NCBI GenBank assembly: GCA_963761305.1
Contig: CAVXGK010000002.1
Coordinates: 544,001-608,000 of the forward strand
Length of the DNA: 64,000 bases
Reading direction: 5' to 3'
DNA from: an uncultured Gemmatimonadaceae bacterium
GTDB lineage: Bacteria; Gemmatimonadota; Gemmatimonadetes; Gemmatimonadales; Gemmatimonadaceae
Shown: positions 49,606 to 61,889 of the stretch, piece after piece
Position numbering within the stretch: the first letter of the stretch is position 1
Layout: every line of letters begins with the position of its first letter
Notes under the pieces: model-generated
Told to the model about the DNA's origin: nothing
The model's database searches: none
The model's input: only the letters and a program-made list of their open reading frames with translations
Made by a program: the position numbers and the translations under genes

Positions 49606-50501
49606 CGGACGCGAAACGACTGACCGGGTGCGGCACCGCTTTGGTGACGCCATTCAACAACGATTCGACCGTCGACGAGGGTGCGTTGCGCGCGCTCGTC
49701 GACTGGCAAATCGCCGAAGGCATTCACTTCCTCGTCCCTTGCGGCAGCACGGGCGAGGCCGCGACGATGACGATCGACGAGCATTGCCGCGTCGTCGAGC
49801 TGGTGGTGAAACAGGCGAAAGGCCGCGTGCCGATCGTCGCCGGCGCGGCGAGCAACGACACGCAGAAGGCGATTGACCTCTCCAAACGCGTGCGCGATCT
49901 CGGGGCAACGCATCTCTTGCACACGTCGCCGTGGTACAACAAGCCGCCGCAGCGTGGGATCGTCGCGCACTATGCGGCGATCGCGGCGGCGGTCGATCTG
50001 CCGATCGTCGTCTACAACGTGCCGGGACGCACGGCGAGCAACATCGAGGCGAAGACGACGCTCGAGCTGTCCCGCATTCCCGGCGTCGTCGCGACGAAAG
50101 AAGCGTCGGGGCTGCTGTCGCAGATCGCCGACGTGATCCGCGGCCGGACGCCCGAATTCTCGGTGCTCTCGGGCGACGACGAGCTCACGCTGCCCGTGAT
50201 GGCGCTCGGCGGCGACGGCATCGTGTCGGTCGTCTCGAACGCCACGCCCAAGCTCATGGCCGACCTGTGCAACCACATGTTGACCGGCGATTTCGTCGGC
50301 GCCCGCAAGATCCATATGAAACTGTTGCCGTGGATGCGCGCGGCGTTCGTCGAGTCCAATCCGATGCCGGTGAAGGCAGCGCTGGCCGCCATGGGAAAGA
50401 TCAAGAACGTGCTGCGATCCCCGCTGGTGCCGCTCGCCGATGCGCATCGTGACACAGTGCGCGCCGCGCTCTCGGCGGCGGGAGCCGAGTTCGCGTCGTG
50501 A
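49602..50501 (+). CDS. dapA: 4-hydroxy-tetrahydrodipicolinate synthase
   Basis: ALVTPF, GSTGE, YNVPGRT, KEASG, SGDD, NPMPVK. Confidence 0.96.
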   Translation: MTDAKRLTGCGTALVTPFNNDSTVDEGALRALVDWQIAEGIHFLVPCGSTGEAATMTIDEHCRVVELVVKQAKGRVPIVAGAASNDTQKAIDLSKRVRDLGATHLLHTSPWYNKPPQRGIVAHYAAIAAAVDLPIVVYNVPGRTASNIEAKTTLELSRIPGVVATKEASGLLSQIADVIRGRTPEFSVLSGDDELTLPVMALGGDGIVSVVSNATPKLMADLCNHMLTGDFVGARKIHMKLLPWMRAAFVESNPMPVKAALAAMGKIKNVLRSPLVPLADAHRDTVRAALSAAGAEFAS

Positions 50502-51340
50502 CCGACCTTCGCAAGCTCGAAGAAGAGATCGAGTCGCTCGCCGCGACCGCGGAAGGCGACACGCTGCCGCCAAGCACGGGTGACACGCTCGAATCGTTTC
50601 TGCTGGCGCTCGAGGCGGGGCAGATACGGTCGGCGAACAAGGGCGACGACAACGTGTGGCGCGCGAACCCGTGGGTGAAGCGCGGCATCCTGCTCGGTTT
50701 TCGGTTCGGCCGGCTGACGCGCTACGACGGCGAGCTCTCGTTCGTCGATAAAGACACGTACCCGATTCGCCGATTCGACGTGTCGCAGAATGTTCGCATC
50801 GTGCCGGGCGGTTCGTCGATCCGGCGCGGCGCGTACATCGCGTCGGGCGTCGTGTGCATGCCGCCGATGTACGTGAACGTCGGCGCGTACGTCGACGGCG
50901 GCACGATGGTGGATTCACACGCGCTGATCGGATCGTGCGCGCAGATCGGCAAGCGCGTGCACGTGAGCGCGGCGGCGCAGATCGGCGGAGTGCTGGAGCC
51001 GGTGAATGCGGCGCCGGTCGTGATCGAGGACGACGTCCTCGTGGGAGGGAATTGCGGCGTCTACGAAGGAACGATCGTGCGGTCGCGGGCGGTGCTGGCC
51101 GCCGGCGTCGTGTTGACGCGCGGAACGCCGGTGTTCGACCTGGCGCGTGAAACCGTCTATCGTGGCAGTGCGGACCAGCCGCTCGAGATTCCCGAGGCGG
51201 CGGTCGTTGTGCCGGGAGCTCGCGCCGTGACGAGCGGCTGGGGAGCCGAGCATCGTCTATCATTGCAGGCGCCGGTCATCGTCAAATACCGCGACGAGAA
51301 AACCGATCTGGCGACAACACTGGAGGCGTGGCTCCGATGA
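50498..51340 (+). CDS. dapD: Tetrahydrodipicolinate N-succinyltransferase
   Basis: WVKRGILLGF, YVNVGAYVD, GSCAQIG, IGGVLEP. Confidence 0.95.
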   Translation: MTDLRKLEEEIESLAATAEGDTLPPSTGDTLESFLLALEAGQIRSANKGDDNVWRANPWVKRGILLGFRFGRLTRYDGELSFVDKDTYPIRRFDVSQNVRIVPGGSSIRRGAYIASGVVCMPPMYVNVGAYVDGGTMVDSHALIGSCAQIGKRVHVSAAAQIGGVLEPVNAAPVVIEDDVLVGGNCGVYEGTIVRSRAVLAAGVVLTRGTPVFDLARETVYRGSADQPLEIPEAAVVVPGARAVTSGWGAEHRLSLQAPVIVKYRDEKTDLATTLEAWLR

Positions 51341-52593
51341 ACGTGTCTGGCACGCTCCGCGTTCCGGGCGACAAATCAATCTCGCACCGCGCGCTCATTC
51401 TCAGCGCGCTCGCGAACGGCCCGTCGCGCGTGACCGGCATCCTCGAATCCGCCGACGTGCACTCGACGGCCGGCGTCCTGCGCTCGCTCGGCGCGGCGAT
51501 TCCCGACCTGTCGCCGGATTTCGTCATCGAGGGGCGAGGAGTGGAGTCGCTCCACAGTCCCGAGTCGCCGCTCGACTGCGGCAACAGCGGAACGACAACG
51601 CGACTCGTCGCCGGCGTCGTCGCCGCGCGACCGATCACGGCAACGTTCGTCGGTGACGCGAGCCTGAGCCGTCGCCCGATGCGGCGCGTCGCCGAGCCGC
51701 TCGAGTCGATGGGTGCTCGCATCTCGCTGGCGGAGCACGGCGGACTGCCCATGAGCATCTGGGGCGGCCAGCTCCACGACGTGATGTGGCAGAGCAAGGT
51801 CGCCAGCGCGCAGGTGAAGAGCGCGGTGCTGCTCGCGGCGCTCGCCGCCGGTGTCACTTCCGAGGTGATCGAGCCGTACAAGTCGCGCGATCACACCGAG
51901 CGAATGCTCCTGGCGCGCGGCGCGCGCATCATCACGCATTCCACGGGAGTGCGGATCGAACAAGGCAGCTCGCTTCGATCGCTCGACGTCGCGGTGCCGG
52001 GCGATCCGTCGTCGGCCGCGTTCTTCGCCGCGCTGGCGGCGATGTCTGACGGCGGCTCGATTCGCCTCGAGCACGTGTGCGTGAACGAGACGCGCGCCGG
52101 ATTCTTCGATCTGCTCGAGACCATGGGTGCCACGGTCACGGAAGTCGACTCGCGGCTCGAGGACGGCGAGCCTGTGGCCGACATCGTCGTGTCGCCCGGC
52201 GAGCTGCGTCCGGCTACGGTCGCAGCCGCCGACGTGCCGTCGATGGTCGACGAGCTGCCGCTCCTCGCCTGCCTGGCCACCCGCGCGAACGGCGAGACGA
52301 CCATCTCGGGCGCGAAGGAGCTGCGCGTGAAGGAGAGCGACCGCATCGCCGCCGTCGTCGCCAACCTGCGGGCCCTCGGCGTGGACGCCCGGGAATTCCC
52401 GGACGGCATGGCGATTCGCGGACCCTCGGGCCCACTCGAGGGACGCGTCACGACGCACGGCGACCACCGGCTGGCGATGGCGTTCGGCATACTCGGCGCG
52501 GCGAGCGGCAATTCGATCGAGATCGACGACAAGGACTGCGTCGCGGTGTCCTACCCGAACTTCTGGAACGACCTGGCGAGCGTCACTCGATGA
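51337..52593 (+). CDS. aroA: EPSP synthase
   Basis: PGDKSISHR, CGNSGTT, SAQVKSA, RDHTERM, KESDR, DHRLAM. Confidence 0.96.
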   Translation: MNVSGTLRVPGDKSISHRALILSALANGPSRVTGILESADVHSTAGVLRSLGAAIPDLSPDFVIEGRGVESLHSPESPLDCGNSGTTTRLVAGVVAARPITATFVGDASLSRRPMRRVAEPLESMGARISLAEHGGLPMSIWGGQLHDVMWQSKVASAQVKSAVLLAALAAGVTSEVIEPYKSRDHTERMLLARGARIITHSTGVRIEQGSSLRSLDVAVPGDPSSAAFFAALAAMSDGGSIRLEHVCVNETRAGFFDLLETMGATVTEVDSRLEDGEPVADIVVSPGELRPATVAAADVPSMVDELPLLACLATRANGETTISGAKELRVKESDRIAAVVANLRALGVDAREFPDGMAIRGPSGPLEGRVTTHGDHRLAMAFGILGAASGNSIEIDDKDCVAVSYPNFWNDLASVTR

Positions 52594-53273
52594 CCGACGC
52601 GCGCCGCCCCCCGTTCGTGATCGCGATCGACGGTCCCGCGGCCTCCGGAAAATCCTCGACAGCCCAGTGGGTCGCACGACGACTCGGCTATCGCCACGTC
52701 GACTCGGGCGCTCTGTACCGCGCGGCGACGGCGGCGCGGCTGGCGCATCTCGGTGAGCCGGAACACTGGACCGAAGACGACGTTCTGGCGGCCGCGCGTG
52801 GCGTTGAGTTCGTGCCGCTCGGCGAATCCTTCGCCGTCGTCATCGACAGCGAGCCGGCTGACGACCGCCTGCGCGACGCGCAGGTCACGCAGCACGTGTC
52901 GCGGGTGGCGCAGATGCAGCGGGTTCGGCAGTGGGTGAACGAGCTCGTTCGGCGCGCCGCGGCCGGGCATGACGTCGTCGTCGACGGACGCGACATGGGG
53001 ACCGTCGTGTTTCCAACGGCGAAGCTCAAGATCTTCCTCATCGCCGACCCCTGGGAGCGAGCTCGGCGGCGGCTCGTTCAGCGACTCGGCCGCGGTCCGA
53101 CGGACGAAGAGATCGCTGCCGAAACGAACCGCATTGCCCAGCGCGACGCGCAGGACGCGACGCAGTCGGCCCGGGCGGCCGATGCCGTGCTGATCGATAC
53201 GACCTACCTCACCCAGGAGGACCAGGTCGATCGCATCGTGGCGCTGGCGCACGCGGCGGCGGAGCGGGGGTAG
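52590..53273 (+). CDS. cmk: Cytidylate kinase
   Basis: IAIDGPAASGKSS, DSGALYR, DGRDMGTVVFP. Confidence 0.95.
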   Translation: MTDARRPPFVIAIDGPAASGKSSTAQWVARRLGYRHVDSGALYRAATAARLAHLGEPEHWTEDDVLAAARGVEFVPLGESFAVVIDSEPADDRLRDAQVTQHVSRVAQMQRVRQWVNELVRRAAAGHDVVVDGRDMGTVVFPTAKLKIFLIADPWERARRRLVQRLGRGPTDEEIAAETNRIAQRDAQDATQSARAADAVLIDTTYLTQEDQVDRIVALAHAAAERG

Positions 53274-53338
53274 CCGCGGTCCTCCAGGCGGTCTGCGGCG
53301 CCGCGGCCTAAGTCCCGATTTTATGGGACCTTCTGACG

Positions 53339-53367
53339 TTGACGTGAGACGCCAACGAGAGTATCAT
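53339..53367 (+). promoter_or_regulatory. Sigma70-type promoter of rpsA
   Basis: TTGACG-17 bp-TATCAT. Confidence 0.75.
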
Positions 53368-53503
53368 TTCTGGTTCGCGGCTCGCACGTCGGCGGCCGCG
53401 CGATGGCGCGTTTGCGTCATCGGCAAAGCATGTCGTCACTCACGCCAACCTCGCCGCGGCGAGCGAAAAATCCGCGGACGTTTCAGGAGATCACTCGCTC
53501 AGT

Positions 53504-55318
<1,815 letters not shown>

Positions 55319-55344
55319 CCACGCGCGCGGTTTCTAGTTCGATT

Positions 55345-55385
55345 TCAAAGCGCCTCGACCTCGCGGTCGAGGCGCTTTGACTTTT
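55345..55385 (+). terminator. Intrinsic terminator after rpsA
   Basis: Perfect 16-bp stem TCAAAGCGCCTCGACC/GGTCGAGGCGCTTTGA followed by CTTTT. Confidence 0.85.
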
Positions 55386-55414
55386 CGACTCGGACGGGGG
55401 GAGGTGCGCTGCCG

Positions 55415-56455
55415 TTGTACGATCGAGTCTGGGAACGCATCGGCGACATCGCGCGACTCGCGCCGTCGCCGCACAACACGCAGCCGTTTCGCATCGTGCC
55501 GCTCGGTCCGCACGATGCGAACATCGTCGTCGTCCGCGATCGCCTGCTGCCGCGCGAAGACCACGGCAATCTCTACATGTCGTCGGCGTTCGGCATCTTC
55601 GTGACGGCGCTCGAGCACGCGGCGCGGTTCGTGGGACGCGACCTCGTGGTGGACGTGCTGCCGTGCATCGACGTCGACACGCTGCATTCGGGTCCGTCGC
55701 GCGTGCTGCTCGGGCGCGCCACGCTCACCGACCCCGGTCCGGTCAATCCGGCCGAGCTGCGCTGGACGATGCGCCTCGAACCGCGCCACGGCATCCGCAC
55801 GCTGCTCGAGGCGCGGCGAACTTCGCGTCTCCCGTATCATGATCGTCCCGTGCTCGGCGCGAGCGTGAGCGCGCTCGCGCAGGTCGCCGCGGTGTACGGC
55901 CATCGGTTCCTCGCCGTCGACGACGTGCGGCTCGTGCGTCGCGTGCTGCGGCTCAACGCCGACGCCATCATCGACAACCTGCAACTCGGCGACGAGCGCG
56001 AAGAGATTCGCGGCTGGTATCGGTACGGAGAGACGCCGCCCGACGGCGACGGTCTCTGGGAGCGGCCGATGAACCAGCCGGCGTGGGAACTGCGCTCCGC
56101 CTTCACCACGCCGTGGTTGTACCGACTCCCCGGATTCCGGCAATTCGCGCGACGTCGCTATCTTCGCACGCAGCGCGGCACGCGGCACGTGGGACTTCTC
56201 TGCGGGCCGTTCGCCGAGTGGATGGATCTCGTGCACTCGGGCCGCATGCTGATGGCCTTCTGGCTCGAGATGGCGGCGCACGACATCTACATGCAGCCGA
56301 TGGGGTCGATGCTCACCAATCCGAAGTACGCCGAAACGATCGCGCGGCTGTTCGGCGTCCGCGACTGCTGGCTTGTGTTTCGCTACGGGTACAGCGACGA
56401 GCCGCCGCGCGCCCCGCGGCTCCGCAACATCGTCGAGCGTGAATCGGTGGTTTGA
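55415..56455 (+). CDS. Nitroreductase-fold (Acg-like, tandem-domain) FMN-binding protein
   Basis: LAPSPHNTQPF motif; second-domain RRTSR..Y and GRMLMAFWL..AAH...QPM; TTG start after GGAGG. Confidence 0.78.
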   Translation: MYDRVWERIGDIARLAPSPHNTQPFRIVPLGPHDANIVVVRDRLLPREDHGNLYMSSAFGIFVTALEHAARFVGRDLVVDVLPCIDVDTLHSGPSRVLLGRATLTDPGPVNPAELRWTMRLEPRHGIRTLLEARRTSRLPYHDRPVLGASVSALAQVAAVYGHRFLAVDDVRLVRRVLRLNADAIIDNLQLGDEREEIRGWYRYGETPPDGDGLWERPMNQPAWELRSAFTTPWLYRLPGFRQFARRRYLRTQRGTRHVGLLCGPFAEWMDLVHSGRMLMAFWLEMAAHDIYMQPMGSMLTNPKYAETIARLFGVRDCWLVFRYGYSDEPPRAPRLRNIVERESVV

Positions 56456-57905
56456 TCCCGTCGCGGGCCGGGCGTTGAGCCGGCTCGGCGACGTCGCGCT
56501 GTCGTCGTGGGGCGCTTATAGGGCGCTGTTCGCGCCCGTTTTCTCGACCAGGACGCGCGACTGGGTTGCGCGCACGCGCGCGTCGGCCGCGTTCTTCAAC
56601 GCGCGTCGCCGCGTGCCCGCCTATCAGGAATTCCTGCGCGAGCACGGTGCCCTCGATGTGACGCGATTCGAGGACGTCCCGGCGATGGACAAGGCCAACT
56701 ACATCAAACGGTGGCCGATCGAGCAGCTCTGCCAGGGCGGACGGCTGCCGACGCGCGGCGCCGTCATCGACGAGTCGTCGGGGTCGAGCGGGCAGGCGAG
56801 CAACTGGATTCGCGGACCGAGCGAGCGCGCCGCCGCGAGACGGCTCCTTCAGTTCGCCACGCGATCGGCCTTCGGCGACGAGCCGTTCGTGCTGCTCAAC
56901 GCCTTCGCGCTGGGCCCGTGGGCGACCGGCATGAACGTCTCGATGTCGCTCGTCGATCTGTGCGTGCTCAAGTCGATCGGCCCCGACGCGGCCAAGGTGA
57001 TCGGCACGCTCCAGCTGCTCGGCCCCAAGTACAAGTACGTCATCGCCGGCTATCCGCCGTTTCTGAAAGGACTCGTCGACACCGCGGACTTTGATTGGTC
57101 GAAGTTCGATGTATGCGCAGTCGTCGGCGGAGAAGGGATGTCGCAGCCGCTGCGCGCCGCGCTGAACCGGCGCTTTCGCAAGACGATCTCGAGTTTCGGC
57201 GCGTCGGACCTCGAGATCAACATCGCCGTCGAGACCGACTTCACCATCGCGCTTCGCGACGCCATCGCGTCGACGCCGGCGCTGGGCGAAGAGCTGTATG
57301 GCCGCGAGTCGCTGCCGATGGTCTTCCAGTACGACCCGCTCAACTACTTCATCGAAAGCGACGAGAATCGCAATCTGCTGTTCACGATCAACCGGCTGGA
57401 GAACGTCTCGCCGCGAATCCGCTACAACATTCGCGACCGCGGCGTCGTTCGCCCGGCGGGCCAAGTCGCCGACGTGGCGGCGCGACACGGCGCGCGCCTG
57501 CCGGCCCTCCAGGTCGATCTTCCGCTCCTGTTTCACTGGGGACGCCAGGACAACGCCGTCGGGTTCTACGGCTGCAAGATCACTCCGGAGGACATTCAGC
57601 ACGTCATCCTCCGAATCGACCTCCTCGGGGAGGGCGTAACCAACTTCGCGCTGCACCCCTACGAGGACGACGACGCCAACAAACGCGTCGAGATCTGGTT
57701 CGAGCTCGCCAACACGGGGGATCTTCCGGACGCCGGCCTGCTGCGCGACGCCGTTTTGCGCGAGCTCGCGTCGGTGAATCAGGACTTTCGCGAATCCATC
57801 AAGATGGTCCCGGCGGACCGGCGCCCGGCGGTGAAGGTCTTCGCGCAAGGGCAAAGCCCGTTTCCGGCGCAGGACATTCGGCTCAAGCGGCAGTACATCC
57901 TGTAG
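56439..57905 (+). CDS. Phenylacetate-CoA ligase / coenzyme F390 synthetase-like adenylate-forming enzyme
   Basis: RVPAYQEFL, ESSGSSG P-loop, GYPPF, GGEG, SFGASD, IRYNIRD; overlaps the upstream gene. Confidence 0.85.
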   Translation: MNRWFDPVAGRALSRLGDVALSSWGAYRALFAPVFSTRTRDWVARTRASAAFFNARRRVPAYQEFLREHGALDVTRFEDVPAMDKANYIKRWPIEQLCQGGRLPTRGAVIDESSGSSGQASNWIRGPSERAAARRLLQFATRSAFGDEPFVLLNAFALGPWATGMNVSMSLVDLCVLKSIGPDAAKVIGTLQLLGPKYKYVIAGYPPFLKGLVDTADFDWSKFDVCAVVGGEGMSQPLRAALNRRFRKTISSFGASDLEINIAVETDFTIALRDAIASTPALGEELYGRESLPMVFQYDPLNYFIESDENRNLLFTINRLENVSPRIRYNIRDRGVVRPAGQVADVAARHGARLPALQVDLPLLFHWGRQDNAVGFYGCKITPEDIQHVILRIDLLGEGVTNFALHPYEDDDANKRVEIWFELANTGDLPDAGLLRDAVLRELASVNQDFRESIKMVPADRRPAVKVFAQGQSPFPAQDIRLKRQYIL

Positions 57906-57957
57906 GCCCCTCTCCCCGATTTTGGGTGGACGAGTGGGCAGGTGGACAGGCGGCTTC

Positions 57958-58178
57958 CGACACGAGGCCCTCTACTTAGGTATATCCGCGGACCGCACTT
58001 TGACTACACGGAATTTTTTGCCGGATGCTGAAGTTCGATTCCAGAATGTTTAGCGTCCTCCATTGGTCGAGAACTCCTATTCTTGCTTGCCAATGACCAT
58101 TGTTACAGGTTCGTGACGGAGCACGATGTAGTCAAAGTCGCCTCCGCGGATAAGACATAAGTAGGGGGGCTCTGGTCG
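57958..58178. repeat. Inverted-repeat-bounded element (arms 57964-58010 and 58124-58172) with AT-rich structured core
   Basis: Complementary blocks CTACTTA/TAAGTAG, TATCCGCGGA/TCCGCGGATA and ACTTTGACTACA/TGTAGTCAAAGT in nested order. Confidence 0.9.
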
Positions 58179-58277
58179 TTGGCTTTTCGCGCGGGTCCGC
58201 GAACGACGCCAATCCGGACTGACGCGATTTTTGGATGCCGCGGTCACCCGACTGGTTCGTCCGGCCAGCGCATCGGG

Positions 58278-58586
58278 ATGGACCGAGCCGCGGATCAGAT
58301 CGCCGTGTTCGCGCTCCGTTCACGCCGCACGCCGCTGATTCTCGACCGGATCCGCGATCTGGATCGTCGAGTCACCCGTTCGGAGCGCGCGACCGGCACG
58401 CTCGATTCTCCGGTCGCGGAACTCGCCGGGATGGATAGACGAGCAGTCGCTCCAACCAGGTTGTCGGTCGTCCCGGCCAACGATCCGGTTCGATCGGCCG
58501 ACTTCCCATTCGCCGCGGCCATCGAACCAGTCGTGACGCGACACGCCAGTTTTTTCGAGCGGCCGGCCAACTGGATTTCGTTGTGA
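58278..58586 (+). CDS. Possible small hypothetical protein (102 aa)
   Basis: Open frame with moderately high GC3; no recognisable motif. Confidence 0.3.
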   Translation: MDRAADQIAVFALRSRRTPLILDRIRDLDRRVTRSERATGTLDSPVAELAGMDRRAVAPTRLSVVPANDPVRSADFPFAAAIEPVVTRHASFFERPANWISL

Positions 58587-58781
58587 GCCGACCGGATCGC
58601 TCGGTCATCGCACCGTTCTCGACGAGCGCCGCAGCGGATTCTGCGCCCAGTCGAATGGCCAGTTCGGTCGGGACGGCGTGTACGTCGGCCGTTCGACCGC
58701 CGCCGTCGCACGGGTCAGCGCCGCACCCGCTTGCATCTTCCGCGCACCGTATCCATCTATCCGCTCCAGCCTTCGAGATCG

Positions 58782-60263
58782 ATGATTTTCGTTCGCGGAC
58801 TCCCACCTCTGCGCGCACTCAGGAATCTTCGTCCGACGCGACTCTTGGTCGGCGCCCTACTCGTGTCGACGTTGCCGGCGCGAACCGCGGCGGCCCAGAC
58901 CGGACGCCTCGTTGGACAGGTCGTCGACAAGCTCGCCGGCGTGCCGCTCCCGTATTCGGGCATCTCCATCCTCGGTCAGTCGACTGAACGCCTGACCAGC
59001 GACAGCGGCCAATTCCGCCTCGACCTCGACGCCGGGACCGTTCGGCTGCGAGTCCGCCACGTGGGATTCACGCCGGTCGACACACAACTCGTCATCCGCG
59101 CGAACGACACGACGCGAGTCAAGATCGAGCTGGCACGAATTCCGGTCAGGCTGGCCGCGATGCGCGTCACCGACGCTCCGTGTCTGCTGCCGGGTGCGCC
59201 CGCCGCCACCGGCGACGCGCTGCCCCAGATCTTCGAGCAGCTGCAGCTCAACGCGGAGCAGTTCCAACTCGTGAACAGGCAATATCCGTTCACCTCCGTC
59301 GTCGAACGGCAGTTCAGCCGCACGGCCACGGAGCCGAAGAAACCGGAAGCCAATCCCGCGGGCCTGAACTTCGACACGCTCGAATTCGTGACGAAGACCG
59401 ACTCGATCAAGGTGCCGAGCGATCAACGATGGCGCTACAAGCCGGGCGAGATCATCATCTCAGCGGGCGTCGGGCCGCTCGGCGAGCGGTACGCGCTGCG
59501 GATTCCGACGCTCGCCGTTTTCGCCGACCCGGAGTTCGTCAAGCATCACTGCTTCCGAGACGGCGGCGACGTCGCGCTCGACGGGCAGAACTTTCGCCGC
59601 ATCGATTTTCGCGCGGCCGAGAACATTCGCGATCCCGACATCGACGGCACGATGTATCTCGACCCACGGACGTTCGTGATTCGCCGGTCCACGGTCTCGC
59701 TCTCGCGAAAGTCTCGCTACACGAGCTCCTACGACTCGGTGACGGTCGAAACGTCGTTCGATGAATTGGTCAGCGGCGTGCCCGTGATCACGAGCGCCAT
59801 AGGACGCAGCCTGCTGACCGCCGACGCCGGTGATCCCGGAAGCCGGAGCGCGATGCCCGACGGAAGCCGATTCGTAAGCGATCTCGAACGGCAGCGAGTT
59901 CGGGAGATTCGTTTCCTGCACGAAGTCCCGGGCGTGAGCGATACGCCGGGATTTGCCCGGGATCGCCGCGACCCCAAGATCATTCGACTCAGCGGACCCG
60001 GCGGAAACGCTCGGGTGGTCGGCGTGTTCGATGCCGACTCGGGCGAGCCGCTTCCGGGCACCGTCGTGCGCGACTCGGCGAGCAGCCGGATGGCCGTGAC
60101 GACGCCGACTGGGACGGTCAATCTTGGCTTCGTCCCCCGTTCGAGCGCGGTGATTCTGTTCGAGCACGCGGGCTACGACCGGCTCTCGATGCCCGTGTCG
60201 CTCACCCCGGCCGATACACTGCCCATCACGGTCATTCTGCACCGGTCGCGCGCGCCTCGCTAA
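58782..60263 (+). CDS. Secreted protein with carboxypeptidase-regulatory-like (beta-sandwich) domains
   Basis: Signal peptide ending AAAQ; GRLVGQVVD...TSDSGQF...VRHVGF and a second GVFDADSGEPL...HAGY domain. Confidence 0.8.
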   Translation: MIFVRGLPPLRALRNLRPTRLLVGALLVSTLPARTAAAQTGRLVGQVVDKLAGVPLPYSGISILGQSTERLTSDSGQFRLDLDAGTVRLRVRHVGFTPVDTQLVIRANDTTRVKIELARIPVRLAAMRVTDAPCLLPGAPAATGDALPQIFEQLQLNAEQFQLVNRQYPFTSVVERQFSRTATEPKKPEANPAGLNFDTLEFVTKTDSIKVPSDQRWRYKPGEIIISAGVGPLGERYALRIPTLAVFADPEFVKHHCFRDGGDVALDGQNFRRIDFRAAENIRDPDIDGTMYLDPRTFVIRRSTVSLSRKSRYTSSYDSVTVETSFDELVSGVPVITSAIGRSLLTADAGDPGSRSAMPDGSRFVSDLERQRVREIRFLHEVPGVSDTPGFARDRRDPKIIRLSGPGGNARVVGVFDADSGEPLPGTVVRDSASSRMAVTTPTGTVNLGFVPRSSAVILFEHAGYDRLSMPVSLTPADTLPITVILHRSRAPR

Positions 60264-60338
60264 GGAATCCGCCCGGCGCGTCCGAGCCGGCGCGCAAGTC
60301 TAGAATGACGCCTCGGGCGGGCGTAGCTTTTTCCGCCT

Positions 60339-61885
<1,547 letters not shown>

Positions 61886-61889
<4 letters not shown>

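Noticed and set aside
57958..58178. dif site, oriC or retron msr-msd interpretation of the inverted-repeat element
   Set aside because: No XerD arm (TTATGTTAAAT) at the correct spacing, no cluster of good DnaA boxes, and no reverse transcriptase nearby
58584..58620. Group II intron domain V (GAGCCG...)
   Set aside because: No D5 stem with GNRA loop and AC bulge, and no matching 5' GUGYG context or maturase
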